A stretch of DNA of 64,000 nt, from positions 32,001 through 96,000 of the IMG/VR virus record IMGVR_UViG_3300009503_000020; one strand, written 5' to 3'. The notes under the pieces are model-generated. The model was given only the letters and a program-made list of their open reading frames with translations, searched no databases and was not told the origin of the DNA. The position numbers and the translations under genes were made by a program. Shown piece by piece: positions 45,523 through 54,163 of the stretch (position 1 is its first letter; every line of letters begins with the position of its first letter). This DNA comes from a virus.

Positions 45523-46480
45523 TCTGAAAGGTAGTAATGTGCTAGTGACTGGTGGAGCAGGTTTCATAGGATCTTCATTAGTTAGACAACTAGAGAAGTT
45601 GAATTGTCATATTATAGTACTAGATAATCTTATTGCAGGAAGAAAAGAAAACTTAGAAGGAACAAAGGCTGAACTAATAGAAGGAGACATAAGAAACCAA
45701 GAACTGTTGACTTACATCCTTAACAAGAATAGTATAGAATATGTATTTCACTTGGCTGCTGAACCTTACATACCTAAAGGATATCAGAACCCTAATGTTA
45801 TGTTTGAAGTGAATACACTAGGGACAATGAAAGTTCTTCTTGAAAGTAAGAAAGCGGGAGTAAAAAGAATTCTGCACTACTCCACTTCAGAGGTATATGG
45901 CACAGCAAAGTATCTTCCAATGGATGAAAATCATCCCTTGTTGCCTCATAGTATCTATGCTGTATCTAAGCTAGCAGCAGACAGGTCAGCTTTTATTCTC
46001 TGGAAGGAAAAGGGAGTTCCTGTTGTAATCTTAAGACAATTTAATTGCTTTGGCCCAAGAGAGTGTCAACCTTACATTATTCCAGAGATTATCTCTCAAT
46101 TTATCCACAAAGGACCTATCCTCACTCTAGGCAATATAGATGCAAGACGAGACTTTACTTTTGTAGATGATGCTTCTCTAGGTGCTGTTAAACTAATGCA
46201 AGTTCCTGATATTGAGGGAACAGTAGTAAACTTAGGAAGAGGACTAAACTGGTCTGTAAAGGAAATAGCACAGAACATTGCAGAAGTGCTTAGTACAACT
46301 AATTGGGGCATACAAATAGATAGCAATAGGTTAAGACCTTATGATGTAGATGAGCTTCTCTGCAATAATTCCTTCTTTAATCAACTAACTGGTGGTCTAG
46401 AATTCACAGACTTCAAAGAAGGACTCAAGAAAACTATTGAATGGTACAGAAGCAATGGAGCAAGGTGGAGTTGGGAATAG
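45515..46480 (+). CDS. NDP-sugar 4,6-dehydratase (extended SDR, LegB-like)
   Basis: TGGAGFIG, FHLAA, STSEVYGTA, YAVSK, RDFTFV. Confidence 0.9.
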   Translation: MSDLKGSNVLVTGGAGFIGSSLVRQLEKLNCHIIVLDNLIAGRKENLEGTKAELIEGDIRNQELLTYILNKNSIEYVFHLAAEPYIPKGYQNPNVMFEVNTLGTMKVLLESKKAGVKRILHYSTSEVYGTAKYLPMDENHPLLPHSIYAVSKLAADRSAFILWKEKGVPVVILRQFNCFGPRECQPYIIPEIISQFIHKGPILTLGNIDARRDFTFVDDASLGAVKLMQVPDIEGTVVNLGRGLNWSVKEIAQNIAEVLSTTNWGIQIDSNRLRPYDVDELLCNNSFFNQLTGGLEFTDFKEGLKKTIEWYRSNGARWSWE

Positions 46481-46547
46481 TACCTACCAAAGAATATCTG
46501 AAGGGATATGTCTATAGGGCAATCTCTTCTGAACAGGAGGGAAGTTA

Positions 46548-47072
46548 ATGAATAAGGACTATAGGTCCTACAAACTATCTGGTTTGTATTCTAAGAACAC
46601 TAATTCTCTAGATTCTACTCTAAATACAGGTAATAACTATAGGTCCTGTAGACTATCAGGTCTACCATTTCAAGATACTAGTTTCTTAAAGGTTAGTCTA
46701 AATCTTGTTACTCCTGTACAATTCCATGGTTCTATCCTTCAAGTATTTAGCTACAAAAGAATTAAAGTAGAAAGCTTGGATGCATCTCTTATAAAGAGAG
46801 TGTATGAGCTACAAAATGCAAAGGCAGTCACTGTTCTGGAGTGCCCCAACTTCTTTCTAATACAGTATCCTGGCAAGCCATTTGTGTTTATCAATAAAAA
46901 GGATGGCAAGTTGTATGTCCTGAATGAGGATGGATTTGAACAAGAGGAGAAGGAAAGTCAGGCATCCTTTGTAGTTAGAATGCTTCATAAATTCCAGTTG
47001 GTTGAAGACTTGCACTCCAAGAAGATTTCAAGAAAACACATAAATATAGAGCAGAGAACAGGTAAGAGGTGA
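46548..47072 (+). CDS. Hypothetical protein with repetitive N-terminus
   Basis: SD GGAGGG; YRS..LSGL repeated twice. Confidence 0.55.
   Translation: MNKDYRSYKLSGLYSKNTNSLDSTLNTGNNYRSCRLSGLPFQDTSFLKVSLNLVTPVQFHGSILQVFSYKRIKVESLDASLIKRVYELQNAKAVTVLECPNFFLIQYPGKPFVFINKKDGKLYVLNEDGFEQEEKESQASFVVRMLHKFQLVEDLHSKKISRKHINIEQRTGKR
46558..46661 (+). repeat. 26-bp imperfect direct repeat, 78-nt period
   Basis: ACTATAGGTCCT-N4-ACTATCWGGT at 46558-46583 and 46636-46661. Confidence 0.7.
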
Positions 47073-47077
47073 TAAGC

Positions 47078-47395
47078 ATGGATAAAGTGTTTGAAATTTT
47101 AAAGAAGCACTTCAGTGAACTTAGAAAATATCCTAATGTGCTGAATGCTAATGTAGGAGAAGAAATAACTAAAGGAAAGAGGACTGGAAGGAAAGCAATT
47201 GTTGTCTTTGTTTCTCAGAAGAAACCACTGTCAGCCTTACCTATAAATGCTAGACTTCCAGATGAAGTAGAAGGAGTTCCAGTTGATGTTGTTGAATGGA
47301 AAGCAGACTATAAGTTAGGAGACACTGCTCCTTCCCATTTAGACCCTGAAACACAGCATAGGATTTCAAGTGGTGTTAGACATGGGAAACAGTGA
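47078..47395 (+). CDS. Protease pro-domain-like protein
   Basis: PNV...VG....G..TG..AIVVFV..KKP...LP....LP.EVEGVPVDVVE, a pattern I recognise from N-terminal pro-regions of some serine proteases. Confidence 0.5.
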   Translation: MDKVFEILKKHFSELRKYPNVLNANVGEEITKGKRTGRKAIVVFVSQKKPLSALPINARLPDEVEGVPVDVVEWKADYKLGDTAPSHLDPETQHRISSGVRHGKQ

Positions 47396-48125
47396 TTGGA
47401 GACCGTTCTGTTCTCCTATTCGTGATCAGGGTTCATGTGGTTCCTGCACTGCCTTTGGAACAATTGGGGCCTGGGAGACTTGCATAAGAATAGCAGAAAA
47501 CAATCCAAATGATCCAATAGACTTGAGTGAGAGAGACTTGTTTGTTTGTTCAGGAGGATATTGTGCACTTGGCAATACAATGGAGAATGTACTCAACAAA
47601 GCCTTGAGTGGAGTGGCTTTAGAAAGTTGTTGCCCTTATGATGGACTAGATCATCTCTGTGGAGAAGGTCGTTGCCCTGACTGGACTAAGACAGGGAAGA
47701 GACTAAGGTCCTACAGAGAAGTAACTGAAAGAGAAGAAATGAAACAGTTGTTAAACAAAGAAGCTCTTGTAGGAGTAATGACAGTCCACCAATCATTTAT
47801 TAACTATAAAGAAGGAGTTTATCACAGTCTTGGAGACACAGATCCTATATTAGGTGGACATGCTATTGCAATTGTTGGCTATAGTGATGATTTGCAAGCT
47901 TGGTTGGTCAGAAACTCCTGGGGCACTTCTTGGGGTATGGAAGGTTATGCTTGGGTAGCTTATGGTGATAGTGAGATAGACCAAATAATGTATGAGATTA
48001 TACCTGATGGACCTATAAACCCAGTTCCAAGTCCATGCAAGCTAGGAAATGCTATTGCTAAATTCTTGAACTTCTTTGCTTGGTTGTTTCATAGAGAGGG
48101 AAGATTTTTCTATCTAAACCCATAA
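47382..48125 (+). CDS. Papain-like cysteine protease (peptidase C1A)
   Basis: DWR, IRDQGSCGSC, GGHAIAIVGY, VRNSWG..WG..GY. Confidence 0.95.
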   Translation: MGNSDWRPFCSPIRDQGSCGSCTAFGTIGAWETCIRIAENNPNDPIDLSERDLFVCSGGYCALGNTMENVLNKALSGVALESCCPYDGLDHLCGEGRCPDWTKTGKRLRSYREVTEREEMKQLLNKEALVGVMTVHQSFINYKEGVYHSLGDTDPILGGHAIAIVGYSDDLQAWLVRNSWGTSWGMEGYAWVAYGDSEIDQIMYEIIPDGPINPVPSPCKLGNAIAKFLNFFAWLFHREGRFFYLNP

Positions 48126-48158
48126 ACTTTAAATTAGAAGGTGTAAGATTATAAAGAG

Positions 48159-48377
48159 GTGATAAATGTGTCAGAAGATAAAGAGGTTGTATCTGAAAGA
48201 GACAAGCCATTTGTTCTTGCTCTTATTTCAGCAGGCATTACTATAGTTTCACTTGCTTTTGCTGTTATTGGAGCTTTCCTGCATAATCAAGAAATGACCA
48301 ACACATCAGTAGAAGCACTTAAATTCACATTTCCTTTAACTGCAATGGCTTGGACTTTCTATCTGAAGAAAGAGTAG
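48159..48377 (+). CDS. Two-TM holin-like membrane protein
   Basis: Two hydrophobic helices, small size, adjacent to the protease; upstream CTTTAAATTA at 48127. Confidence 0.5.
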   Translation: MINVSEDKEVVSERDKPFVLALISAGITIVSLAFAVIGAFLHNQEMTNTSVEALKFTFPLTAMAWTFYLKKE

Positions 48378-48378
48378 T

Positions 48379-48666
48379 TTAGAGATTAAGAATAGTCCTT
48401 ACCAACCAAAGAAGAACTGCAGTTACTGAAGGACTGACAACAACTGCAAGTATCTTCCAAACCATAATACTTTCTTTTGATTTAGTTTCCAGTTCGTGTT
48501 GTTTTTGGATAAGATTTCCATACTCTTCATTTAATTTACGAAGAGATTCAGTTATTATCTTTAAGTCTTCATTCAAGTGTTTGAAGTCTGTTTCAACCAG
48601 AGTCTCAAGTTTAATTATACGGTCTCTGAGTTCTCGTATCTCATTTCTTTCAGAAGTGTTCATAGA
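48379..48666 (-). CDS. Coiled-coil protein with C-terminal TM (XhlA/holin-like)
   Basis: Heptad coiled coil followed by a TM helix; last gene of the late operon; track start 48675 lies in the SD. Confidence 0.55.
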   Translation of the reverse strand, partial: SMNTSERNEIRELRDRIIKLETLVETDFKHLNEDLKIITESLRKLNEEYGNLIQKQHELETKSKESIMVWKILAVVVSPSVTAVLLWLVRTILNL

Positions 48667-48816
48667 TATCACCAAATGAAATTGAGATTTACACTTATCT
48701 AAAGCTTATCTAAGACTAATTGTTAACAAATAACTCTTGTAGGAATGTTGAGACAAGAGCAACACATGCTAAAGAAATGCCTTTCACATTACTTCAGAAC
48801 GAAAGGTAACGCTTGA

Positions 48817-48826
48817 ATATTTAAAG
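48817..48826 (-). promoter_or_regulatory. Putative late TATA box CTTTAAATAT
   Basis: Same motif as 63517-63526. Confidence 0.45.
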
Positions 48827-48945
48827 TGGTTGAAGAGGCTGTCGAGGTCGGTCCAGATGGACTATGACTTCGAGAACGTTTAGAAGTCTGAAACATTAAA
48901 TAATTGCTACTCAAGGCATGTCAGAAGTGAAGTTCATATTAGGGG

Positions 48946-48956
48946 GAAAAAAAAAT
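48946..48956 (-). terminator. Oligo-T tract after the tail fibre gene
   Basis: Run of about 9 T on the minus strand about 30 nt after the stop; typical archaeal terminator. Confidence 0.5.
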
Positions 48957-48985
48957 TGTGGGCAATCTGACTTCTGAGTAAGCGC

Positions 48986-51900
48986 TTACCTATGAGTATG
49001 TGGTGAATGACCCCAAATAACCCAATTAACCATGCCGTTCATTGGATCATAGATACCGAAATTGTACACATAAACATCAATTGTATTACCTTTTATATTC
49101 TTTGGGATTGTTATAACAAATGTCCAATAATTGTAAAGAGCTGTGCTTTTCACTTCATTCCATGCATTTATCCATCCAGGAGGGCATTGTTCGGGGTCGC
49201 TGGATGGATAGAATTCACCTGTTGACTCATTTTTAACTGCTACTGCAAATTCATTTGCGTATCCGTCCGAACCAATCCAAAGACCAGTTGTCAAATGAAT
49301 GTGGCAAATTAACACTTCGAAATCTTCATTTGGAACCGTTATTGCACAATACATTTTGTTCCAAGTTCCTGCTCTTATTGCTTCGGCTGTTCCTGTAGTC
49401 TTAGCACGGGCGTTAACTATTCCAGTTGTTGGCACTGCCGCTCTTATTTCACTAAAAACGACATCATCATAATATGTAGTGTAAGTAGCTGATGTTCCAG
49501 CATACAAATGTATTCTAGCATATCTAACATTTGCTTGATATGTGCCATCAGTGGGCACTGTAGCAGTTACTTCGTGATAATCCCAAGATGTGCCTAGAGT
49601 CTTAACTGAGGATTGTACTTCATTAAGATATGAAGAACCATCAGGAGCATACCAAGCAATGTGTATGATTCCTCCAGCTGGTGTATAAGAATTGTCAGCT
49701 TTTGCATAACATCTTGCATACAGTTTTTGTCCAGGTCTCACTGGTATGCTGACTGATTGCCATTCTTTGTATGTTCCACTTGTTGAAATCTTACTCCAAA
49801 TACATCTCTTGCCTTTATAGGCAGAGCTTGAAGAACCATAGTCTGTACCTTTTGTTCCAGAAGGTGGTGTCCAATAGTCTGGAATATCATCCCCATCAAC
49901 ATCTTCTTCAAAACATGGATTTGGCAAGATAGTTTCAGGAGGCGCATTGTATTTAGTTAAAGGATATCGAGGAATGTATCCTTTTTCTCCTGTCTGTCCA
50001 ATGAACCTTAGCGTATCATCAGGAGTCCAGTAGTATAAGGCTCCTTCTTTAGTAGGTTCATTTGTATCGAGCCTAGAAAGCTGTAGTTGGTCAGTTGTTA
50101 TAGCATTTGCTGCTATTTGTGTTGCAGTAACTGTTTGAGCACTGATTTGCCCACCATCAATCTTAGTTACATCTCCAGCTTTTTGCCAACTATTCACAAA
50201 GTATGTTGTACCATCCAATAATATCTGACTAGCCTTTATAGCTAAGGAAGAGTCTGATGTAATATGAGTGGTATTTATCTGTCCTGCTTTGATATGGTCT
50301 GCCAAGATACTCTTAGCTGCTATACAACCAGCACCAATTGTTGGAGTATAGCTGTCAAACATCAAAATAGTGGATGGTGCATCTGTCTTTCTGTCAATCA
50401 CAGTAACTAATCCTTTTCCTGTTCCTACAGCACTGCTATAGTCAGTAGTGATATGCAAATTACTGTCAGTATCTTGCCAATAAACGAAATGATTGCCAAC
50501 TACTGAACTTGATAGTTTTGTTCCAGAAAGATCACCAGCAATTGTTTTAGTTGTTCCATCAGCAAATTTAATCGTTGCATCTTTCGTAGTCACTATACTA
50601 GTATCATAACCAGCACCAAAATATATTCTTCCTCTTGTAGTGTAGATGCCACCAAAATATGAAGTGCTTCTGTATGAATAATATGAGACCCTCCATGTAC
50701 CAGCTGGTAGAGAAGTGACGTTAAGCTGTTCAGTTACAGCTTTTATTTTTTCTTGATACCCAGAACCACTGTCTATGTAAAATTTTATACACAGCCTATC
50801 CGTTGTTGCAAATGTTGCACCTCCAAAAGAATAATCTGCTGTCTGAATTCCAGAACCATTTGAAGACCTGTAAACAATAGCAACAGGGGTACCAGCTGTC
50901 AGTTCTGTTTCAGTGCCATCAGAGGCAACTTTGAAAATCCTGATGCCACAGTAAACAGGATAGTAAGTTTCTGTATCTCCTGTTATGTCCTCAACATAAG
51001 TGCTGGTATCACTGTTGACAAGTCCAAAGTTGTAATAAGTATTTGAACCAACTGTTACTGTATCTGTTCTAACATAACGTTTCCAAGACTCAACAGCTCC
51101 AGAACTACCATAGTAAAATGTGCCTCTTGAAACACAGTTCTCAAATATTTTAAGATTAGATGTCCAAGGACGACTCTCAATTGATAAATCAAGAGGAGTG
51201 ACTTTAAGAGGAGTATAAGTGCTTGAACTAGAAGTTACACTGCTTGCATTCAGAGCAGTGTCAACTGCTGCTGCTCCTACATAGTAGGCTGAATAGTCGG
51301 AAGCTTTCCAAAAGAATATTGGCCTTGTAGATGTTCCTACAGGAGTGGAAGGAGGATAAGTTGTTCCTACATAAAATACATAATGACTAAAGTCTGTTGC
51401 AAAGACTGCACCACATTCAATAATAAGTCCATCAATTGCTGGAGTAGCTGAAGCACTTGCTGGTGCACTAGGTGCTACTTGATTAGGGGCAGTAGTCGCA
51501 GTTGTCACATTGTAATGAGGAGTATTATTTTTGTCAATAAATGTGAAGGTGTTGTTCCAAGGACCTGCTTCACCTAACTTAGTTACTGCACAAACCTCAA
51601 CTTCATAAGTTGTGTTGCCTTCTAGAAATGTTGTGTTGACTGAAGGATTACCAGAAGAAGGTTGTTGAACAAATATAGGATGCCAATCACTAGTACCATA
51701 CTTTCTGTAAGAGACAAAATATCCTCCAGCACCTTCTACTCTGGTAATAGTAACGTTTAACCAGACTTTAAAGTCAGAGACTGTATCTATTACTTGATTA
51801 TAGGCAGAAACAGTGAATGATGAGACTGAGAGTGTATTTTGAAAAACTTGATCTTGCGCATCTACCTTCAGTGGTGAACCATAAACTTCAGTACTTGGTC

Positions 51901-53725
51901 CTGACTCATTCCCTACTCTATCCACAGCCTTTACTTTATAGTAATAAGTAACACCTAAAGTAGTTGAAGTATCTGTGAACATGTTAGTATCTACTGCAGC
52001 AAAAGTTCCCTCTCCACCAGATATTGTTCCTCTAAGGATAATATACCTGTCCAAATCTGCTTCTGTGTTAGCATCCCAGGCCAAGAGAATAGAAAGGGGT
52101 TTAGGAGTTAGTTGTAGATTTACAGGAGTTACAGGAGGACCAGGTGGATAGTCTAATACAACAGTAGGTTCTTGAGGAGTGGCTGAAGGACCAGATACAG
52201 TTACACTTGGTTCTAGGTTCTCAGATTCATCTTCACCTAAACGTTGTTCATGTTCCTGGACTATCTCTGCTGCAGTCTTTGTCAAAGAAGATATTTCTAG
52301 TTCAGTATAGAGGTCTCCCTCATCTAAGTGATGTGTTAAGCCTACTATCTTTACATTAGAAATTGTTCCTTCAGATACACTGATAGTTATTAAGTCTCCT
52401 AGCTCATAAGCTTCCTTGAGATCTATTGTGACTATATTCTCTAAGATATCCTTAGGATCTTTATTCTCTTGTATTATAGAATTAGCTATCTCTTGACACT
52501 CTTCTGTAGTACGTAGAGAGTCTTTTATGATTGCAGGGCATTCATGTAGACCATATGTATTTTGAGAATTGGTATCCTCTGCTGTAGCATATATTCTCCC
52601 TTCAGAGAAGAAGAGTTTATCTACAAACAGTGATGCACTAATGTAAGTAGAGTATTGTACTTGAATACGAACCTTCGAGATACTGTCCCATGTTGGAGAA
52701 CCAGTCGAAGACCAGCTAGTATCAGGACCAACTTCTAGAGATATTTCCTTCCAAGAAGTAGCATACTTATCAAAATTATTTACTAAGTTCCCACTAGAGA
52801 AGTAGTTTGAAGTGTCTTTGTAGAGGTATATAGAGACATCAGTTAGATAACCACTAGACATAGCATTGCCTATACTTACATTTATTTTCTTAGGAGACCA
52901 TTTTTGTGAAAAGTCAAGAGGAGTAGCAAATGTGAATTGCAAATACTGTGAGTTGATCCCTGCTGCTGAAGACCTAATTGAGTATGATCCAGCTCGAGGA
53001 GGAAGAACAGCATCCTTATCTGCTAGTGAGAGAGTTCCAGAGGCTGTCCATGTGCCATTTGTTCCAGATAGTTCTTCACATAAGTCTCCTGAAGTTGGGA
53101 AGAGATACTGTTTACCAAGAACAGCTACTCTATTGATTATATTAGATGTATCTTTCTTGTACGAATGAGAATCAAGGTCTTCTTCAGTTAGTGTTCCTCT
53201 ATCGGTTCCAGACTCAAAGAAATGAAAGTCTTTGTTTGCATCAATGTACCACATCCAACCAGTTCTAGCACATATCTCCTCAACTCCCTCTAGTATTGTC
53301 TTATTCACAAGAGTTAATGTGAGAGGAACAGTATTTGATTGAACATGGTTAGTAGTTATCTGACCAGAAAGAGGTTGCAATAAATCTACTAAGATAGTAC
53401 TTGCTGGAGTCTCTGTGTATCGTTTTGTTACTGTTCTAAGTTCTAGAGTAGAAGAGATATCCTCTGCAGTAGCTTCTAAGACAGGTTGTCCTTCAGATGA
53501 TTTTCTTTTGTATGATTTCACAGAACCTGAAAATATCTTCAGAGAAGAACCATATATCTCTAGTGTATCTCCTTCAGTTATAGGTTGGGCTAGTTCTTCT
53601 AAGAGGACAGAGACTGTTGCAGTTTGAGATTTACCTTTCTGCTTTGTAACTTCAAAACTGTCAACTAAAGTAGTTAAGTCATATGTATTAGAACCATGCT
53701 TATGGATAACTTGGTAGTCTCCCAT
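48986..53725 (-). CDS. Baseplate hub/central tail fibre protein with FN3 and carbohydrate-binding-like domains
   Basis: N-terminal hub pattern (WYID..KDFHF, NRV.V.G); FN3 (L.WD.N...DL..Y...YYYKVKAVD..GNES); CBM-like ILPNPCFE....DYW; follows the tape measure gene. Confidence 0.85.
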   Translation of the reverse strand: MGDYQVIHKHGSNTYDLTTLVDSFEVTKQKGKSQTATVSVLLEELAQPITEGDTLEIYGSSLKIFSGSVKSYKRKSSEGQPVLEATAEDISSTLELRTVTKRYTETPASTILVDLLQPLSGQITTNHVQSNTVPLTLTLVNKTILEGVEEICARTGWMWYIDANKDFHFFESGTDRGTLTEEDLDSHSYKKDTSNIINRVAVLGKQYLFPTSGDLCEELSGTNGTWTASGTLSLADKDAVLPPRAGSYSIRSSAAGINSQYLQFTFATPLDFSQKWSPKKINVSIGNAMSSGYLTDVSIYLYKDTSNYFSSGNLVNNFDKYATSWKEISLEVGPDTSWSSTGSPTWDSISKVRIQVQYSTYISASLFVDKLFFSEGRIYATAEDTNSQNTYGLHECPAIIKDSLRTTEECQEIANSIIQENKDPKDILENIVTIDLKEAYELGDLITISVSEGTISNVKIVGLTHHLDEGDLYTELEISSLTKTAAEIVQEHEQRLGEDESENLEPSVTVSGPSATPQEPTVVLDYPPGPPVTPVNLQLTPKPLSILLAWDANTEADLDRYIILRGTISGGEGTFAAVDTNMFTDTSTTLGVTYYYKVKAVDRVGNESGPSTEVYGSPLKVDAQDQVFQNTLSVSSFTVSAYNQVIDTVSDFKVWLNVTITRVEGAGGYFVSYRKYGTSDWHPIFVQQPSSGNPSVNTTFLEGNTTYEVEVCAVTKLGEAGPWNNTFTFIDKNNTPHYNVTTATTAPNQVAPSAPASASATPAIDGLIIECGAVFATDFSHYVFYVGTTYPPSTPVGTSTRPIFFWKASDYSAYYVGAAAVDTALNASSVTSSSSTYTPLKVTPLDLSIESRPWTSNLKIFENCVSRGTFYYGSSGAVESWKRYVRTDTVTVGSNTYYNFGLVNSDTSTYVEDITGDTETYYPVYCGIRIFKVASDGTETELTAGTPVAIVYRSSNGSGIQTADYSFGGATFATTDRLCIKFYIDSGSGYQEKIKAVTEQLNVTSLPAGTWRVSYYSYRSTSYFGGIYTTRGRIYFGAGYDTSIVTTKDATIKFADGTTKTIAGDLSGTKLSSSVVGNHFVYWQDTDSNLHITTDYSSAVGTGKGLVTVIDRKTDAPSTILMFDSYTPTIGAGCIAAKSILADHIKAGQINTTHITSDSSLAIKASQILLDGTTYFVNSWQKAGDVTKIDGGQISAQTVTATQIAANAITTDQLQLSRLDTNEPTKEGALYYWTPDDTLRFIGQTGEKGYIPRYPLTKYNAPPETILPNPCFEEDVDGDDIPDYWTPPSGTKGTDYGSSSSAYKGKRCIWSKISTSGTYKEWQSVSIPVRPGQKLYARCYAKADNSYTPAGGIIHIAWYAPDGSSYLNEVQSSVKTLGTSWDYHEVTATVPTDGTYQANVRYARIHLYAGTSATYTTYYDDVVFSEIRAAVPTTGIVNARAKTTGTAEAIRAGTWNKMYCAITVPNEDFEVLICHIHLTTGLWIGSDGYANEFAVAVKNESTGEFYPSSDPEQCPPGWINAWNEVKSTALYNYWTFVITIPKNIKGNTIDVYVYNFGIYDPMNGMVNWVIWGHSPHTHR

Positions 53726-54163
53726 TTAGAGTTCCACCCTCTCTAGCTTTAGAGTGTATTCAAAGATTGTCTTTCCTGGAACTTGATTGCAAGAAAAATC
53801 AGTAATAACAAAGTAGCTTGTAGTTGCACTTGGAGGATAAGAAGAACCATCATCTATAGACTGATTAGCAGGACTCTGAAATCTAGTACCTAAATCAAGA
53901 GTAAATTTAGAGTTTCGTGTTGCAAGTGCTTCTAACTTTAGTCTGTCTGTTTCATTCTGAAGAATACCGTCTAAGGTAATTGTTTCTGCTCTCCTATAAC
54001 GCCATTTTGCTTTCTTCAGTTCTTTTATTCCAGCATGTCTAACTCTCCAGGTTACATTAGCAGTCTTCTTTATAGAGGATGGTTCAGGATTGAATGTGAA
54101 TGATACTCCTGTAGAAACATAACTCCCATTTTGAAAATGATACTCATTTAGTTTAACTGTCAT
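53726..54163 (-). CDS. Probable distal tail (Dit-like) protein
   Basis: Position between TMP and hub; beta-rich; ends Y.LKLERV. Confidence 0.55.
   Translation of the reverse strand: MTVKLNEYHFQNGSYVSTGVSFTFNPEPSSIKKTANVTWRVRHAGIKELKKAKWRYRRAETITLDGILQNETDRLKLEALATRNSKFTLDLGTRFQSPANQSIDDGSSYPPSATTSYFVITDFSCNQVPGKTIFEYTLKLERVEL

Noticed and set aside
44443-46480. Complete legionaminic acid pathway
   Set aside because: Only LegB/LegC-like steps are present; no NeuB synthase, NeuC epimerase or cytidylyltransferase in the window
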